DNA of 64,000 bases from Pseudomonadota bacterium (GTDB lineage Bacteria; Pseudomonadota; Alphaproteobacteria; Rhodobacterales; Rhodobacteraceae). The notes under the pieces are model-generated. The model was not told the DNA's origin. It searched no databases and saw only the letters and a list, made by a program, of their open reading frames with translations. Position numbers and translations under genes: made by a program. Shown here one piece after another: positions 52,798 to 63,664 of the stretch; positions within the stretch are counted from its first letter, which is position 1, and each line of letters begins with the position of its first letter. The stretch covers positions 494-64,493 of the forward strand of contig JBCBGM010000010.1 in the NCBI GenBank assembly GCA_038526735.1, written 5' to 3'.

Positions 52798-54360
52798 ATG
52801 GCAGTTGCAGCATCCCCAGAGCGCCCCAGCGGCCTCCGCTTTTTGCGGCGCAAAGCCCTCCTCGGCCCACGCCTCATCGCGGAGCTTCCGCTCTTTGAGC
52901 TGGGCGACGGCGCACGAGGCCGCGCCCTTGACGGCGAGCCAACGCTGCAAGACCTGCCAGACCTCCTCGCCCACGGCACGCCCCCCGCGCTCGACAAAAT
53001 CCGCCACTGCCTGAGCACCTTTGATGAGAAAAAACTCACCGCTGACCGCCCAGGCCGCGCCGGAGTGGCCCTGCGCAACGCGATGATCGCCCTGCCCCGC
53101 GTCTTTTCCACCCAAGACGCCACCGCGAGCCGCTGCGCCGATGAGGCCCTGAAAGCCGCCAAGACCATTCTCCGCAAACAAAGCGATGCCAGCGACCGCG
53201 TCGCCCAACTCGACACCGCCCTCGGAGCACTCGCCGTGGGTGCCACGGTAGAGGGCGGCCGCCCCCTCCTCAAAAAAGCCATCGCTGCAATCGAGGCGCA
53301 GTGCCAAACCCTGAGCAAAGACATCGGCCTCAGCCGCAGCGCCAGCGAAGAGATCGCCCTACGCAACGCCCACACCGTCACCGAGCTCTACCGCCGCCTC
53401 GTCTGGGCCAAAACCGTGCTCGACCAGCAGTCAGACGAGGCCCCCACCCTCGCAGAGTGCGTCGCGGCCCTCACCCCCATCCTTCGCGCGCTACAACTGG
53501 GTGGCGGAGAGCTGCCCCACGCCCATGGCGGCGGGCGCGGCACCCCCGGAGCGCTGGAACGCGCCCTCCAAGCCAGCGGCCAACGCAACGCCGAGCGCCC
53601 CAAACTCAGCCTCGGCTACGCCCGGATGCACGGCGGCCGCAGCATCGTGTTGATGGACTGTGAAAAGCCCCCCAAAGCCGCAACCGCCACCGCCAGCACC
53701 CTCGCGCTAGAGATGTCCTCGGGCCGCCGCCTCCTGATCGTCAACACGGGGCCCGACGTGGCCGACGCGCAGCATTCCCTCAACCACTCCACCCTCGTGG
53801 TTGGCAACACCTCCTCATCGAGCTTTCAGACCTCCGGGCGCACGTCGATCCCCTCCAACCGGCCCAAAACCGTGGCCGTCGAACGCGCGATTGACCGCGC
53901 CGGTCTGTGGCTCTTGGCCAGCCACGACGGTTATTGCAGCAACTTCGGCGTGTTGCACGAGCGCCGCCTCTTCCTCGCACCCGACGGGCGCGACCTGCGG
54001 GGTGAAGACACCGCCTCCGCCCAATCGACCCGAGACAAATCCACCCTGCACGCCCGCCAAGCCGCCCATGATGGCGCGCTGCCCGTGCAGGTGCACTTTC
54101 ACCTCCACCCCGATGTCGCTGTGACCGAGGATGGCGACGGATTTCTCCTGACCCTGCTCAGCGAAGAGCAATGGTCTTTTCGTCAGTCTGGCGGCACCGC
54201 CCGGCTCGCCGCATCGCAGTACAGCGCCCCGGATGGCCCCCGTGACAGTCTGCAAATTGTCATTGGCTTCGAAATGCGCGAGATGTCCGCCCGCGTGAAC
54301 TGGGTGTTTCGTCGAGTTGATGGAATGTCTCGCGCCACGCGCGACTACGCTACGCCTTAA
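52798..54360 (+). CDS. Heparinase II/III-family protein
   Basis: [37 protein letters not shown]; usual rsmB-purH neighbourhood. Confidence 0.8.
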   Translation: MAVAASPERPSGLRFLRRKALLGPRLIAELPLFELGDGARGRALDGEPTLQDLPDLLAHGTPPALDKIRHCLSTFDEKKLTADRPGRAGVALRNAMIALPRVFSTQDATASRCADEALKAAKTILRKQSDASDRVAQLDTALGALAVGATVEGGRPLLKKAIAAIEAQCQTLSKDIGLSRSASEEIALRNAHTVTELYRRLVWAKTVLDQQSDEAPTLAECVAALTPILRALQLGGGELPHAHGGGRGTPGALERALQASGQRNAERPKLSLGYARMHGGRSIVLMDCEKPPKAATATASTLALEMSSGRRLLIVNTGPDVADAQHSLNHSTLVVGNTSSSSFQTSGRTSIPSNRPKTVAVERAIDRAGLWLLASHDGYCSNFGVLHERRLFLAPDGRDLRGEDTASAQSTRDKSTLHARQAAHDGALPVQVHFHLHPDVAVTEDGDGFLLTLLSEEQWSFRQSGGTARLAASQYSAPDGPRDSLQIVIGFEMREMSARVNWVFRRVDGMSRATRDYATP

Positions 54361-54377
54361 TTCCAAAAGGACGCCCT

Positions 54378-55967
54378 ATGACCGACCAGACCGTGCCCCT
54401 GACGCGCGCGCTTCTCTCCGTTTCCGACAAAACGGGCCTCGTCCCCCTCGCCCAGGCGCTCGCCGCCCGCGGGGTTGAGCTGGTGTCCACCGGCGGCACC
54501 GCCCGCACCCTGCGCGAGGCGGGGCTAGAGGTGCTCGACGTCGCAGACCTCACCGGCTTTCCGGAGATGATGGACGGTCGCGTCAAAACCCTGCACCCAG
54601 CGGTGCACGGCGGATTGCTCGCCCTCCGCGATAACCCCGCGCATCTAGAGGCGATGGACGCCAACAATATCGGCCAAATCGACCTCTTGGTGGTCAATCT
54701 CTACCCCTTCGAGGCCACGGTCGCTGCGGGCGCTGACTACGCTACATGTGTTGAAAACATCGACATCGGCGGCCCCGCGATGCTGCGCGCCGCCGCCAAG
54801 AACCACGCCTTTGTCACCGTCATCACCGATGTCGAAGACTACGACGCGCTGCTCACCGAGCTCGACAAAGAACAGGGCATCTCGCTGCCGTTCCGCCGCC
54901 GCATGGCCCAGCGCGCCTATGCCCGCACCGCCGCTTATGACGCCGCCGTCTCGACGTGGATGGCCGACGCAATCTCCAACCGCGCGCCGCGCCGCCGCGC
55001 CATCGCAGGCCGGCTCGTGCAAGAGATGCGCTACGGCGAAAACCCCCACCAGAGTGCTGCGTTTTACGCCGACGGCAGCGACCGCCCCGGCGTTTCTACT
55101 GCGGTGCAACACCAGGGCAAAGCGCTCAGCTACAACAACATCAATGATACCGACGCCGCCTTTGAGCTCGTCTCGGAGTTTGACCCCTCCGACGGTCCCG
55201 CCGTCGCCATTATCAAGCACGCCAACCCCTGCGGCGTCGCGCGCGGAGAGACCTTCACCCAGGCCTACACCCGCGCCTTTCAGTGTGATCAGACCTCAGC
55301 CTTCGGCGGCATCATCGCCCTGAACGGAGAGCTTGACGGAGAGACCGCCGAGGCGATCTCCGGCATCTTCACCGAGGTCGTCATCGCCCCTTCCGCCACC
55401 GACGAGGCCAAACAGGTTTTTGCCGCGAAAAAGAACCTCCGCCTCCTGACCACCGGCGCTTTGCCTGACCCAAGAACGGGTGGGCGCGTCTGGCGACAGG
55501 TCTCTGGCGGGTATCTCGTGCAGGACAAAGACACCGGCCAGATTACCGCCGACGACATCAAGATCGTGACCAAACGCGCCCCCACCGAGGCCGAGATCAA
55601 AGACCTCCTCTTTGCCTGGAAAGTCGCCAAACACGTCAAATCCAACGCCATCGTCTACGCCAAAGACGGGGCAACGGTTGGGGTGGGCGCGGGCCAGATG
55701 AGCCGGGTTGATTCCACCCGCATCGCCGCCCGCAAAGCACAAGACATGGCCGAGGCGCTGGGCCTGCCCGCCCCCCTGACGCAAGGCTCCGTCGTCGCTT
55801 CGGATGCATTTTTTCCGTTTGCAGACGGGCTGTTAGCGGCGGCAGAGGCCGGGGCAACCGCGCTCATTCAACCCGGCGGCTCCATGCGCGACGAGGAGGT
55901 CATCGCCGCTGCCGATGAAGCAGGTCTCGCCATGGTGTTCACCGGGATGCGCCACTTCCGGCACTAA
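54378..55967 (+). CDS. purH: Bifunctional AICAR transformylase/IMP cyclohydrolase
   Basis: [44 protein letters not shown]. Confidence 0.99.
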   Translation: MTDQTVPLTRALLSVSDKTGLVPLAQALAARGVELVSTGGTARTLREAGLEVLDVADLTGFPEMMDGRVKTLHPAVHGGLLALRDNPAHLEAMDANNIGQIDLLVVNLYPFEATVAAGADYATCVENIDIGGPAMLRAAAKNHAFVTVITDVEDYDALLTELDKEQGISLPFRRRMAQRAYARTAAYDAAVSTWMADAISNRAPRRRAIAGRLVQEMRYGENPHQSAAFYADGSDRPGVSTAVQHQGKALSYNNINDTDAAFELVSEFDPSDGPAVAIIKHANPCGVARGETFTQAYTRAFQCDQTSAFGGIIALNGELDGETAEAISGIFTEVVIAPSATDEAKQVFAAKKNLRLLTTGALPDPRTGGRVWRQVSGGYLVQDKDTGQITADDIKIVTKRAPTEAEIKDLLFAWKVAKHVKSNAIVYAKDGATVGVGAGQMSRVDSTRIAARKAQDMAEALGLPAPLTQGSVVASDAFFPFADGLLAAAEAGATALIQPGGSMRDEEVIAAADEAGLAMVFTGMRHFRH

Positions 55968-55979
55968 CCGCACAAAGGC

Positions 55980-56318
55980 TCAGGCCACGTCCAGCGTGGC
56001 CGGGCTTTCCCACAGTTCAATCGGGTTGCCATCCGGGTCATGCAGGCGCGCGCAGCGCCCTGTCGCGCATTCGCCCGTGAAAATCTCCACCGGCACCCCC
56101 TCAGACTTCAGCCCAAGGATCACCGCATCAAAATCGACCACCCCAAAGGTCACGACAAAGTTGCGGTTGCGCGGAGGTTGCTCGCCCGGAGCCAGTCCAA
56201 AGGCCCGCACGACGGGCCCTGAGTTGTCTAGTTTGAGCGTGCTCTCATACCATTGGTTGAGGCGCTCGGGGTTCGCTGAGCGGATGAAGAGTCCGCCGAT
56301 ATTCGAGACAATTCCCAT
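55980..56318 (-). CDS. VOC/glyoxalase-family protein
   Basis: IGGLFIRS, WYE..L, DPDGNPIELWE. Confidence 0.85.
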   Translation of the reverse strand: MGIVSNIGGLFIRSANPERLNQWYESTLKLDNSGPVVRAFGLAPGEQPPRNRNFVVTFGVVDFDAVILGLKSEGVPVEIFTGECATGRCARLHDPDGNPIELWESPATLDVA

Positions 56319-56445
56319 AGTGGAACTGTTCTATGTCAACTCGCGGAACATTTCCCGATATTTTGCGTTCTGCACCGCAACTGTGACAACATTGCACAGT
56401 TGTAATATGAGACGAAAGTGACGTTCGCGTCACAATTTATTCAAG

Positions 56446-56461
56446 GTTAACAATGCCTTAA
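56446..56461 (-). promoter_or_regulatory. Consensus CtrA-binding site
   Basis: Plus strand GTTAA-CAATGCC-TTAA, equal to TTAA-N7-TTAAC on the minus strand. Confidence 0.7.
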
Positions 56462-56500
56462 ATTTAAATCTGCGAGTCAGATTTAACATCCGACATCACG

Positions 56501-57223
56501 TCATTTTTTGTGCGTCGCAGCGATCAAGAACTCCACATTGCCGTCAGACCCGAGAATCGGGCTCGGGATAATCCCCAAAACACAGGCCCCCGCCCCTTCC
56601 AGATACGCCGCCACATCCGCACAGGCCTGCTCCTGCAACGCCTCATCCGTGACGATCCCATTTTTGCCCACACCCGCGCGCCCCACCTCAAACTGAGGCT
56701 TCACCAAGAGCACCATCCAGCCGCCGAGCCTGAGCCGCGCCAGCGGCCCCTCCAGCGCCTTGCGCAGACTGATGAAGCTGAGGTCCGACACCAGACAATC
56801 GACCTCGGGCACATCCACGGGCAGCGCTTTCGCGTTCACCCCCTCCAGATTCACCACCTCCGCCCGGTCGCGCACGCTGGGGTGAAGCTGCCCATGCCCC
56901 ACATCCACCGCAAACACCCGCCGCGCCCCGCGCGCCAGCAACACCTCCGTAAACCCACCGGTGGAGGCCCCCAGATCCAGTGCCACCAACCCCGCTGGCG
57001 ACAGCCCGAAGTGATCGAGCCCCGCCACCAGCTTCAGCGCCGCGCGGCTCACCCAGGGGATCGGGTTGTGCAGCAGCGCAACCTCCCCCGGTGCCACCAT
57101 CTGAGAGGCTTTGCGCACCACGCGCCCGCCAACCGTCACCACGCCCTCATCGATCAGCAACTGCGCCCGCGCCCGGCTCTCCGCCAGCCCGGCCGCCACC
57201 ATCGCCTTGTCCAACCGCATCAT
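56501..57223 (-). CDS. tlyA: TlyA-family rRNA 2'-O-methyltransferase
   Basis: S4 domain RLD..SRARA, VSRAALKL, DLGASTGGFT, DLSFISL, LVKPQFE. Confidence 0.95.
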   Translation of the reverse strand: MMRLDKAMVAAGLAESRARAQLLIDEGVVTVGGRVVRKASQMVAPGEVALLHNPIPWVSRAALKLVAGLDHFGLSPAGLVALDLGASTGGFTEVLLARGARRVFAVDVGHGQLHPSVRDRAEVVNLEGVNAKALPVDVPEVDCLVSDLSFISLRKALEGPLARLRLGGWMVLLVKPQFEVGRAGVGKNGIVTDEALQEQACADVAAYLEGAGACVLGIIPSPILGSDGNVEFLIAATHKK

Positions 57224-57362
57224 CCGGGGTGCACCCTCGCTAATTCCCCACATCCGATCTCACTGCCCCGCGCCAACATCAAGCCTGCCGCCGATTGACT
57301 CTCCAACCGCGACCGCTCAAAAACCGCAAAAAGGTCGCAACAACTGACCTATTGGGGACGAT

Positions 57363-57968
57363 ATGGACTTCCAAACCTGGCTCGCCATCCTGGCCATTGC
57401 CGCCGCCGCCGCAGGCACACCGGGGCCAAACAATGCGCTCCTCGCCAGCTCAGGCGCGCGCTTTGGCTTTTGGCCAACCCTGCCGCACGCCCTCGGCGTG
57501 GCCTTGGGCTTTCCGGTCATGGTGTTTCTGTGCGCGCTTGGCCTCGGAGAGCTTTTCCGCGCCGTCCCCCTGATCGGCGAAGTCCTCCGTTGGGTTGGCG
57601 CAGCCCTCCTCTTTTGGCTCGCGTGGAAGACCTTCAACGCCCCCGCCCCTGGCACCCAAACCACCGACAAACCCTGGAGCTTTTTGCAAGCCGCCGCCTT
57701 TCAATGGGTCAACCCAAAGGCGTGGATTATGGCGATCTCGGTGATCACCCAATTCGTCACCGGCCAAAACCTGATCCTAGAGGCGCTCGCCTGCGCCTCC
57801 GCCTTCACCGCCGCCGGAATGGTCACCGCCCACAGCTGGGCCGCCTTCGGTGCAGCCCTGCGCCGCTTCCTCTCCACGCCCCTGCGCTTGCGCCTCTTCA
57901 ATGCCGTCATGGCAGCCCTCATCGTCACCACCGTCATCGCCCTCATGGCAGAGGACCTTTCGGTGTGA
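57363..57968 (+). CDS. LysE-family translocator
   Basis: TPGPNN, SGARFG, FQWVNPKAW. Confidence 0.93.
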   Translation: MDFQTWLAILAIAAAAAGTPGPNNALLASSGARFGFWPTLPHALGVALGFPVMVFLCALGLGELFRAVPLIGEVLRWVGAALLFWLAWKTFNAPAPGTQTTDKPWSFLQAAAFQWVNPKAWIMAISVITQFVTGQNLILEALACASAFTAAGMVTAHSWAAFGAALRRFLSTPLRLRLFNAVMAALIVTTVIALMAEDLSV

Positions 57969-58549
57969 CCCTGCCCCTCGCGCTCATGCAGTTCGTCTTT
58001 GCCGGGCTCTTCAGCCCCGGCCCCAACGTGATTTTGCTGACCACCTCCGGCGCGCGCTTTGGCTTTCGTCAGACCCTGCCCCATGTGCTCGGCGTCACCT
58101 TGGGCGTGGGCATCACCGCAGGGCTCACCGGCCTCGGCCTCGGCGCGCTCCTCTTGGCCCTGCCGCAACTCACCCTCGCCCTCAAACTGATCGCCGCCGG
58201 GTGGATCCTCACCCTCGCCGTGCAGCTCTTCCGCAGCACCCGCACGACCGAGACCACCACCCAAGACCGCCCCTTCACCTTTCTGGAGGCCCTGCTCTTC
58301 CAATGGGTCAACCCCAAGGTCTGGGCCGTCGCCTTCGCCGCCTCCGCCTTTGTCTCAGAGCAAGGCCCCCTCAGCGCAGGTCTCACCCTCGCGCTCACCT
58401 TCTCCGGCATCAACCTCGGCGTCTGCCTGTTCTGGAGCAGCGCCGGGCACCTCCTGCGCAAACTCCTCAGCAATGAGCGGATTTGGCGCGGTTTCATGAC
58501 CTTGATGTCACTTCTGATGGCAAGTTCCGCCGCTTTGATCTTTCTGTGA
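57965..58549 (+). CDS. LysE-family translocator (tandem paralog)
   Basis: SPGPNV, SGARFG, FQWVNPKVW; GTGA overlap with the upstream gene. Confidence 0.9.
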   Translation: MTLPLALMQFVFAGLFSPGPNVILLTTSGARFGFRQTLPHVLGVTLGVGITAGLTGLGLGALLLALPQLTLALKLIAAGWILTLAVQLFRSTRTTETTTQDRPFTFLEALLFQWVNPKVWAVAFAASAFVSEQGPLSAGLTLALTFSGINLGVCLFWSSAGHLLRKLLSNERIWRGFMTLMSLLMASSAALIFL

Positions 58550-58594
58550 GCGCTGCCACTTGCACAGCCCTCGCGGCTGGTCCATCCGTGCCCC

Positions 58595-59086
58595 ATGTCA
58601 CCGCTCAAACTCACATGGATCGTCGCGATCTTCGCGCTTGCGCTCGACCAGGCCACCAAGGTCGGTGTGGTCTGGGGTCTCGACCTGATCACCGTGCGGT
58701 ATATTGAGGTCATCCCCCCCTATCTCGTCTTCGTCATGGGCTGGAACACCGGCATCAACTTCGGCCTGTTCGGCGGGTCCGGAGAGTTTGGCCGCTGGTT
58801 CTTGGTTGTCATCGCTGTGGGCGTGTCGGTGCTGCTGTCAAACTGGGTGCGCAAAGCCACCGGATGGCTCTCCCCCACCGCCTTCGGGCTGATCATCGGA
58901 GGGGCCCTTGGCAACGCCCTTGATCGCGTGATGTACGGCGCAGTAGCAGACTTTTTGAATATGAGCTGCTGCGGCTTTCAAAACCCCTACACCTTCAACG
59001 TCGCGGATATTTTTATTTTCGCCGGCGTCTTTGCGGTAATCATTCAGTCCTTCGCAGAGGAATGGGAGGCGAAGAAGTCTCAATGA
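58595..59086 (+). CDS. lspA: Lipoprotein signal peptidase II
   Basis: DQATK, NTGINFG, GGALGNALDR, VADF, FNVAD. Confidence 0.96.
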   Translation: MSPLKLTWIVAIFALALDQATKVGVVWGLDLITVRYIEVIPPYLVFVMGWNTGINFGLFGGSGEFGRWFLVVIAVGVSVLLSNWVRKATGWLSPTAFGLIIGGALGNALDRVMYGAVADFLNMSCCGFQNPYTFNVADIFIFAGVFAVIIQSFAEEWEAKKSQ

Positions 59087-59619
59087 CCCAGCGCATCATC
59101 CTGCTCGCTTGCACACTCATGGCGCTCACCGCCTGCGACCGCCGCCCGTTTGACCCATCGGGCGTGCCCCCCGGCATCCCCGACCGCTCGCCCATTGCCG
59201 ATGCGGGCCCCGATGAGTTTCTGATCATCGAGAATGAGCCGCTCGACCGGCCTACCACCCTCGATGGCCCGCTGCCTGCGCCCAACGCCAACGCCTCCAG
59301 CCGCGTCACGCCCGACCCGGAGCGCAACATCGCGCTCCTCCTGTCAGGCCGCGCACCCAATCCGGCCACCGGCAACGGCGCATCCCTGCTCACAGCCATT
59401 GGCGCAGAGCGCACGCCCCCCGGTATTCGAGATGTCATAGAACAAGAATACCAGACCGAAATGACCCTCGACGGCGGCCTCATTACCACCCTCATCGGTG
59501 GCCCGCTCTTCAACCCCTACGCCGGGGATCGCCTTGATGCGCAGGCCGAAAGTGAGCGTCTGCAGGCCCTTTATCCAAACGCCGAAGTCACCACAAACCC
59601 GGCGGAGACCGGCGAATGA
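59083..59619 (+). CDS. DUF3035-like lipoprotein
   Basis: Lipobox LTAC, GPDEFLI, LPAP, LDAQAE. Confidence 0.7.
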   Translation: MTQRIILLACTLMALTACDRRPFDPSGVPPGIPDRSPIADAGPDEFLIIENEPLDRPTTLDGPLPAPNANASSRVTPDPERNIALLLSGRAPNPATGNGASLLTAIGAERTPPGIRDVIEQEYQTEMTLDGGLITTLIGGPLFNPYAGDRLDAQAESERLQALYPNAEVTTNPAETGE

Positions 59620-59731
59620 GCAAATTTCCCAAACCCGCGCCTAATCCAAAGGTGATCGACATTTTGCGGTCCGCAGGGTTGGGTGAAGACCTCTCAATTC
59701 GCAACGAAAAACAATACACGCGAGACATTTT

Positions 59732-61075
59732 ATGAGCATTTTCGGGACAGACGGCGTACGCGGGCGCGCCAATGTGGGCGCCATGACCGCAGAAAACGCC
59801 CTGCGCATCGGCATGGCAGCAGGCACGGTTCTGGGCGGCACCGGCGGCGGTGAGCGCCGCGTCGTCGTTGGCAAAGACACGCGCCTCTCTGGCTACATGC
59901 TCGAAACCGCCCTCACTGCAGGCTTTGCCGCGGTGGGCGTTAACTCTCTGATGCTCGGCCCCGTGCCCACCCCCGCCGTGGGGATGCTCACCCGCTCCAT
60001 GCGTGCCGACATTGGCGTGATGATCTCCGCCTCGCACAACCCGGCTGAGGACAACGGCATCAAGATCTTCGGCCCCGACGGCTACAAGCTCTCTGATGAG
60101 CTGGAGGATGAGATCTCCCGCCTTGTCGTCAGTGGCGATATCCCCCTCGCCGACGCGCCGCAGATCGGCCGCTCGTCGCGGCTTGATGATGGCCGCGCGC
60201 GCTACGTTGAGTTCGTCAAAACCTCGCTGTCGCGCCGCGTCCGTTTCAACGGCCTCAAGATCGTGATTGATGCGGCCAACGGGGCTGCCTACCGCGTTGC
60301 ACCCCAAGTGCTGTGGGAGATGGGGGCAGAGATTATCCCCCTTGGCGTGAACCCCAACGGCTTCAACATCAACAAGGGCTGCGGCTCCACCTGCCCAGAG
60401 GCTGCCGCTCAAGCCGTCATCGAGCACAAAGCCGACATCGGCATCACCCTCGACGGAGACGCCGACCGCCTGATCGTTATCGACAATAAAGGCCGCGTCA
60501 TCGACGGCGACCAGATCATGGCCCTCATCGCCACCCGCGCCCGCGCCGAAGGGCGCCTTGCGGGCGACACGCTGGTCGCCACCGTCATGTCTAACCTCGG
60601 GCTTGAGCGGCACCTGCAAGACCAGGGTATGGGCCTTTTGCGCACCCCCGTCGGCGACCGCCATGTCGTGCGCGCTATGCGGGCAGGCGGCTATTCTGTG
60701 GGCGGCGAGCAGTCAGGCCATATCGTCCTGCACGATCACGTCACCACCGGCGACGGCCTGATCGCCGCCCTGCAAGTGGTGGCCGCACTCGTCGAGTCTG
60801 GCCGCACCGCCTCTGAGCTGTTGTGGCAGTTTGAGCCTGTGCCCCAGCGCCTCGTGAATGTGCGCTACGGCAGCGCCCAAAACCCGCTTGAGGCCGACGC
60901 GGTCAAACTCGCCATCGAAGAGGGCCGCGCCCAGTTCGGCAACTCCGGCCGCCTCCTGATCCGCAAATCCGGCACAGAGCCGCTGATCCGCGTGATGGGC
61001 GAGTGTGAAGATGAGCGGCTGATGGACGTTGTCCTGAAAGACATCGTCGCCGCCGTCGAAACTGCCGCCGCCTAA
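59732..61075 (+). CDS. glmM: Phosphoglucosamine mutase
   Basis: [42 protein letters not shown]. Confidence 0.98.
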   Translation: MSIFGTDGVRGRANVGAMTAENALRIGMAAGTVLGGTGGGERRVVVGKDTRLSGYMLETALTAGFAAVGVNSLMLGPVPTPAVGMLTRSMRADIGVMISASHNPAEDNGIKIFGPDGYKLSDELEDEISRLVVSGDIPLADAPQIGRSSRLDDGRARYVEFVKTSLSRRVRFNGLKIVIDAANGAAYRVAPQVLWEMGAEIIPLGVNPNGFNINKGCGSTCPEAAAQAVIEHKADIGITLDGDADRLIVIDNKGRVIDGDQIMALIATRARAEGRLAGDTLVATVMSNLGLERHLQDQGMGLLRTPVGDRHVVRAMRAGGYSVGGEQSGHIVLHDHVTTGDGLIAALQVVAALVESGRTASELLWQFEPVPQRLVNVRYGSAQNPLEADAVKLAIEEGRAQFGNSGRLLIRKSGTEPLIRVMGECEDERLMDVVLKDIVAAVETAAA

Positions 61076-61076
61076 G

Positions 61077-61427
61077 GTGCCCCGCACACCGATAGGCCAA
61101 GTCACGTTCGCGAGCGTCTATCCGCTCTACGTCCAAAAAGTAGAGCGCAAAGGCCGCACGCGCGACGAGGTGGACGAGGTCATCTGCTGGCTCACCGGCT
61201 TTGACCGCGAGACGCTGCACACCCAAGCCACCAGCGACGCCACCTTCGAGCACTTCTTCGCCGCCGCCCCGCAGATGCACCCCAAAGCGGCGGCGGTAAA
61301 AGGCGTCATCTGCGGCCTCCGCGTCGAAGAGATCGAAGAGCCCCTCACCCGCCGCATCCGTATCCTCGACAAGCTGATCGACGAGCTGGCGAAGGGCAAA
61401 GCCATGGCCAAAATCCTCCGCAGCTAA
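61077..61427 (+). CDS. DUF2200-family protein
   Basis: [41 protein letters not shown]. Confidence 0.9.
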   Translation: MPRTPIGQVTFASVYPLYVQKVERKGRTRDEVDEVICWLTGFDRETLHTQATSDATFEHFFAAAPQMHPKAAAVKGVICGLRVEEIEEPLTRRIRILDKLIDELAKGKAMAKILRS

Positions 61428-61517
61428 CCCCTCTCACCGCCCCGTGACCGCAGCACCCTGTGCAGCCCGGGCCTCCCCGCTATCTCTCCCGCAACACAGC
61501 CACCGATGAGAGAAGCC

Positions 61518-62027
61518 ATGTCCCTGCGCGCCGCCATTGCCCTCACCCTGTTCCTCACGCTCCCCGCGACCGCCAGCACCAGCGCACCCGGAACCCCGCC
61601 CCTCACACCCGTCACACCCACAAGCGCCGTGACCACCTGGGGCGACACCGCGATCTTCATTGACCCGGTCGGCGAGCAAGAGCGCTACCGACCCTTCGGC
61701 CGCCCCGACATCGTGATCCTGACCCAACCCCACCCCGACCATCTGAGCATCTCCACGATGATCGGCATGCTCCGCCGCGACACCATCGTGCTGGCCCCAC
61801 AAACCGTGATCGACGAGCTGCCCCTGATGATCTCCAACAACGTGATCACCCCGTTTGAGCCTGGCTCCGTGCAGGTCGTCGAGGGCATCACCTTCACCGC
61901 CGCGCCCAACTGCACGGGCGAGACCACCCTCACCGGCGTCACCCTGGAGATCGCAAACACACGCGCCCACATCGCCCTCAGCACCACAGGCACCCCGCAC
62001 CTGAGCGCGCAACCAACCGTCTGCTAA
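61518..62027 (+). CDS. Secreted metallo-beta-lactamase-fold-like protein (short/degenerate)
   Basis: Signal peptide, IFIDP, PDIVILTQPHPDHL (HxHxDH with the first H replaced by Q). Confidence 0.65.
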   Translation: MSLRAAIALTLFLTLPATASTSAPGTPPLTPVTPTSAVTTWGDTAIFIDPVGEQERYRPFGRPDIVILTQPHPDHLSISTMIGMLRRDTIVLAPQTVIDELPLMISNNVITPFEPGSVQVVEGITFTAAPNCTGETTLTGVTLEIANTRAHIALSTTGTPHLSAQPTVC

Positions 62028-62037
62028 CGCAGCACCC

Positions 62038-62622
62038 CTAAACCAGCACCGAAAACGCCAGCGTCAGCGTCGCTGCAACCTGCGCCCTCTCTTCGCCCGA
62101 GGCGCGCTGCATCAGCGCTAGCCCGATCTGCTCAAAGAGATACCGCCCCGCAACCTCCGCAGGGGCAGTGCCAGACCAGTTGCCCGCCGCCCGTTGCCCC
62201 TCCAGATAGCCCGCAAACGCCGCCACAGCGCCCTCTTGCAAGGCGTCCACCCGGGCCAAGGTCTTTGGCCCCAACCGGTGCTTGCCCGCGCGCATTTTGT
62301 AAAAGACGCAGCCAGTCTCCATCTTCGGATCTTGGGCGGCAAAATCGGTCAGCGCCTCTAACGTCTCTGGCAACGGGGCAGACCGCCCCAAAATCGCGAA
62401 AATGTCTGACAAGACCTCCTCCGCATACCGATCCAGCACCGCCAGCGTCAGCCCATCCTCGCTCCCAAACTCCCGGTAGAGCGCGGGTTTAGAGACCCCA
62501 GCGAGCTTACAAATCTCATTCACCGACACATCCGCCGGATCGCGCTGCCAATAGGCCTGCATCGCGACCTGCAGCGTTTTCTCTGCATCGAGGGTTTTGG
62601 GGCGCCCCCGTTTGGGCTGCAT
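62038..62622 (-). CDS. TetR-family transcriptional regulator
   Basis: RGRPK, SVNEICKLAGVSKPALYREFGSED. Confidence 0.92.
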   Translation of the reverse strand: MQPKRGRPKTLDAEKTLQVAMQAYWQRDPADVSVNEICKLAGVSKPALYREFGSEDGLTLAVLDRYAEEVLSDIFAILGRSAPLPETLEALTDFAAQDPKMETGCVFYKMRAGKHRLGPKTLARVDALQEGAVAAFAGYLEGQRAAGNWSGTAPAEVAGRYLFEQIGLALMQRASGEERAQVAATLTLAFSVLV

Positions 62623-62761
62623 CGTCTCGGACAATTTTCGGACCACCTAGTATTTTATTATTGACGCCCTACCTGAGATAAACGTACCACTTGGTTCGCT
62701 AAATCTCAAGCGAAGGGCGCAACACCGAAAACCACCCTTCCTCAAACCAGGAGCAATCACC

Positions 62762-63235
62762 ATGAGAAACCTCATCGTCTCCCTCTTTCTGGCCCTTGGC
62801 CTGATGGCCAGTGCCGCCCAGGCCGATGATCTGAGCACCGTTCAGGCCTTTTATTCCGACATCCTGACCGACCCGGCCAACAGCACCGAAGAGCGCTACT
62901 ACGAGCTCTTCTCCCCCGATGTCGTCTCGATCCCGACCCCTCCGGGCGGGCCGGGTGCGCAGGGCATGCTGAACACAGTCGCTTTCCTCGGGCAGGTCGT
63001 GCCCGATCTGGAATGGGTCCCGCAGGAGATCATCGATCTTGAGGATGGCCGCTTCGTTGTGCGCGCCCAGTTTACCGGCACCCCGGTTGGCCCGTTCTTC
63101 GGCGTGGACCCTGCGACCGGCAACAGCTTTGAGGCGATGTCGATCGATATCGTCACGGTCGAGGACGGCAAGATCGCCCACATCTTCCACCTCGAAGATT
63201 GGACCGGCGTGCTTGCCCAACTGACCGCCGAGTGA
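62762..63235 (+). CDS. Secreted SnoaL-like/ester cyclase protein
   Basis: Signal peptide, VPDLEW, GTPVGPFFGV, MSIDI, EDW; RBS AGGAG. Confidence 0.85.
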   Translation: MRNLIVSLFLALGLMASAAQADDLSTVQAFYSDILTDPANSTEERYYELFSPDVVSIPTPPGGPGAQGMLNTVAFLGQVVPDLEWVPQEIIDLEDGRFVVRAQFTGTPVGPFFGVDPATGNSFEAMSIDIVTVEDGKIAHIFHLEDWTGVLAQLTAE

Positions 63236-63254
63236 AGTGGTTTTTCGGGCCGCA

Positions 63255-63434
63255 AAACTGGTCCGAAATCGTACTACTGTCTTACCAAGACCTTACCCAG
63301 TCCTGCAAAAACGCAGGGCTGGGCCTTAACAGGGGGTTACGTCTTGCAGATTTGCACGGCTCTCGGGCCCTCTGACGCCCCAAACTGGTCCGAAATCGTA
63401 CTAGTGCCTTAACACCAGCTTACCCAGTCATGCA
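63255..63434 (+). repeat. Imperfect 53-bp direct repeat pair next to the tRNA-Arg 3' end
   Basis: AAACTGGTCCGAAATCGTACTA identical at 63255 and 63382 (127-bp offset), similarity continuing to 63307/63434. Confidence 0.85.
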
Positions 63435-63496
63435 GAATTGCAGCACGTTTACCCAGCATTCACCGCCCAAACCGACAAAAATGCAAAATGGAAAGG

Positions 63497-63573
63497 TGGT
63501 GACCCCGGCAGGACTTGAACCTGCAACCTATCCCTTAGGAGGGGATTGCTCTATCCAGTTGAGCCACAGGGCC
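63497..63573 (-). tRNA. tRNA-Arg(CCT)
   Basis: GGCCCTGTGGCTCAACTGGATAGAGCAATCCCCTCCTAAGGGATAGGTTGCAGGTTCAAGTCCTGCCGGGGTCACCA. Confidence 0.97.
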
Positions 63574-63664
63574 ATGATCACTGGTGTATTTGCGGGTCAC
63601 TTTGGCGTCAATCTTGCGCTGACTTGGGCTGGCAACCGAGGCTCAGCACGTTAATCTTTGCCGC

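Noticed and set aside
52798-54360. Polysaccharide-utilisation locus
   Set aside because: This heparinase II/III-family gene is in its normal alphaproteobacterial rsmB-purH context with no sugar transport genes nearby.
57363-58549. Frameshifted or duplicated single LysE gene
   Set aside because: Two complete, diverged paralogs with a GTGA overlap, which is an ordinary tandem arrangement.
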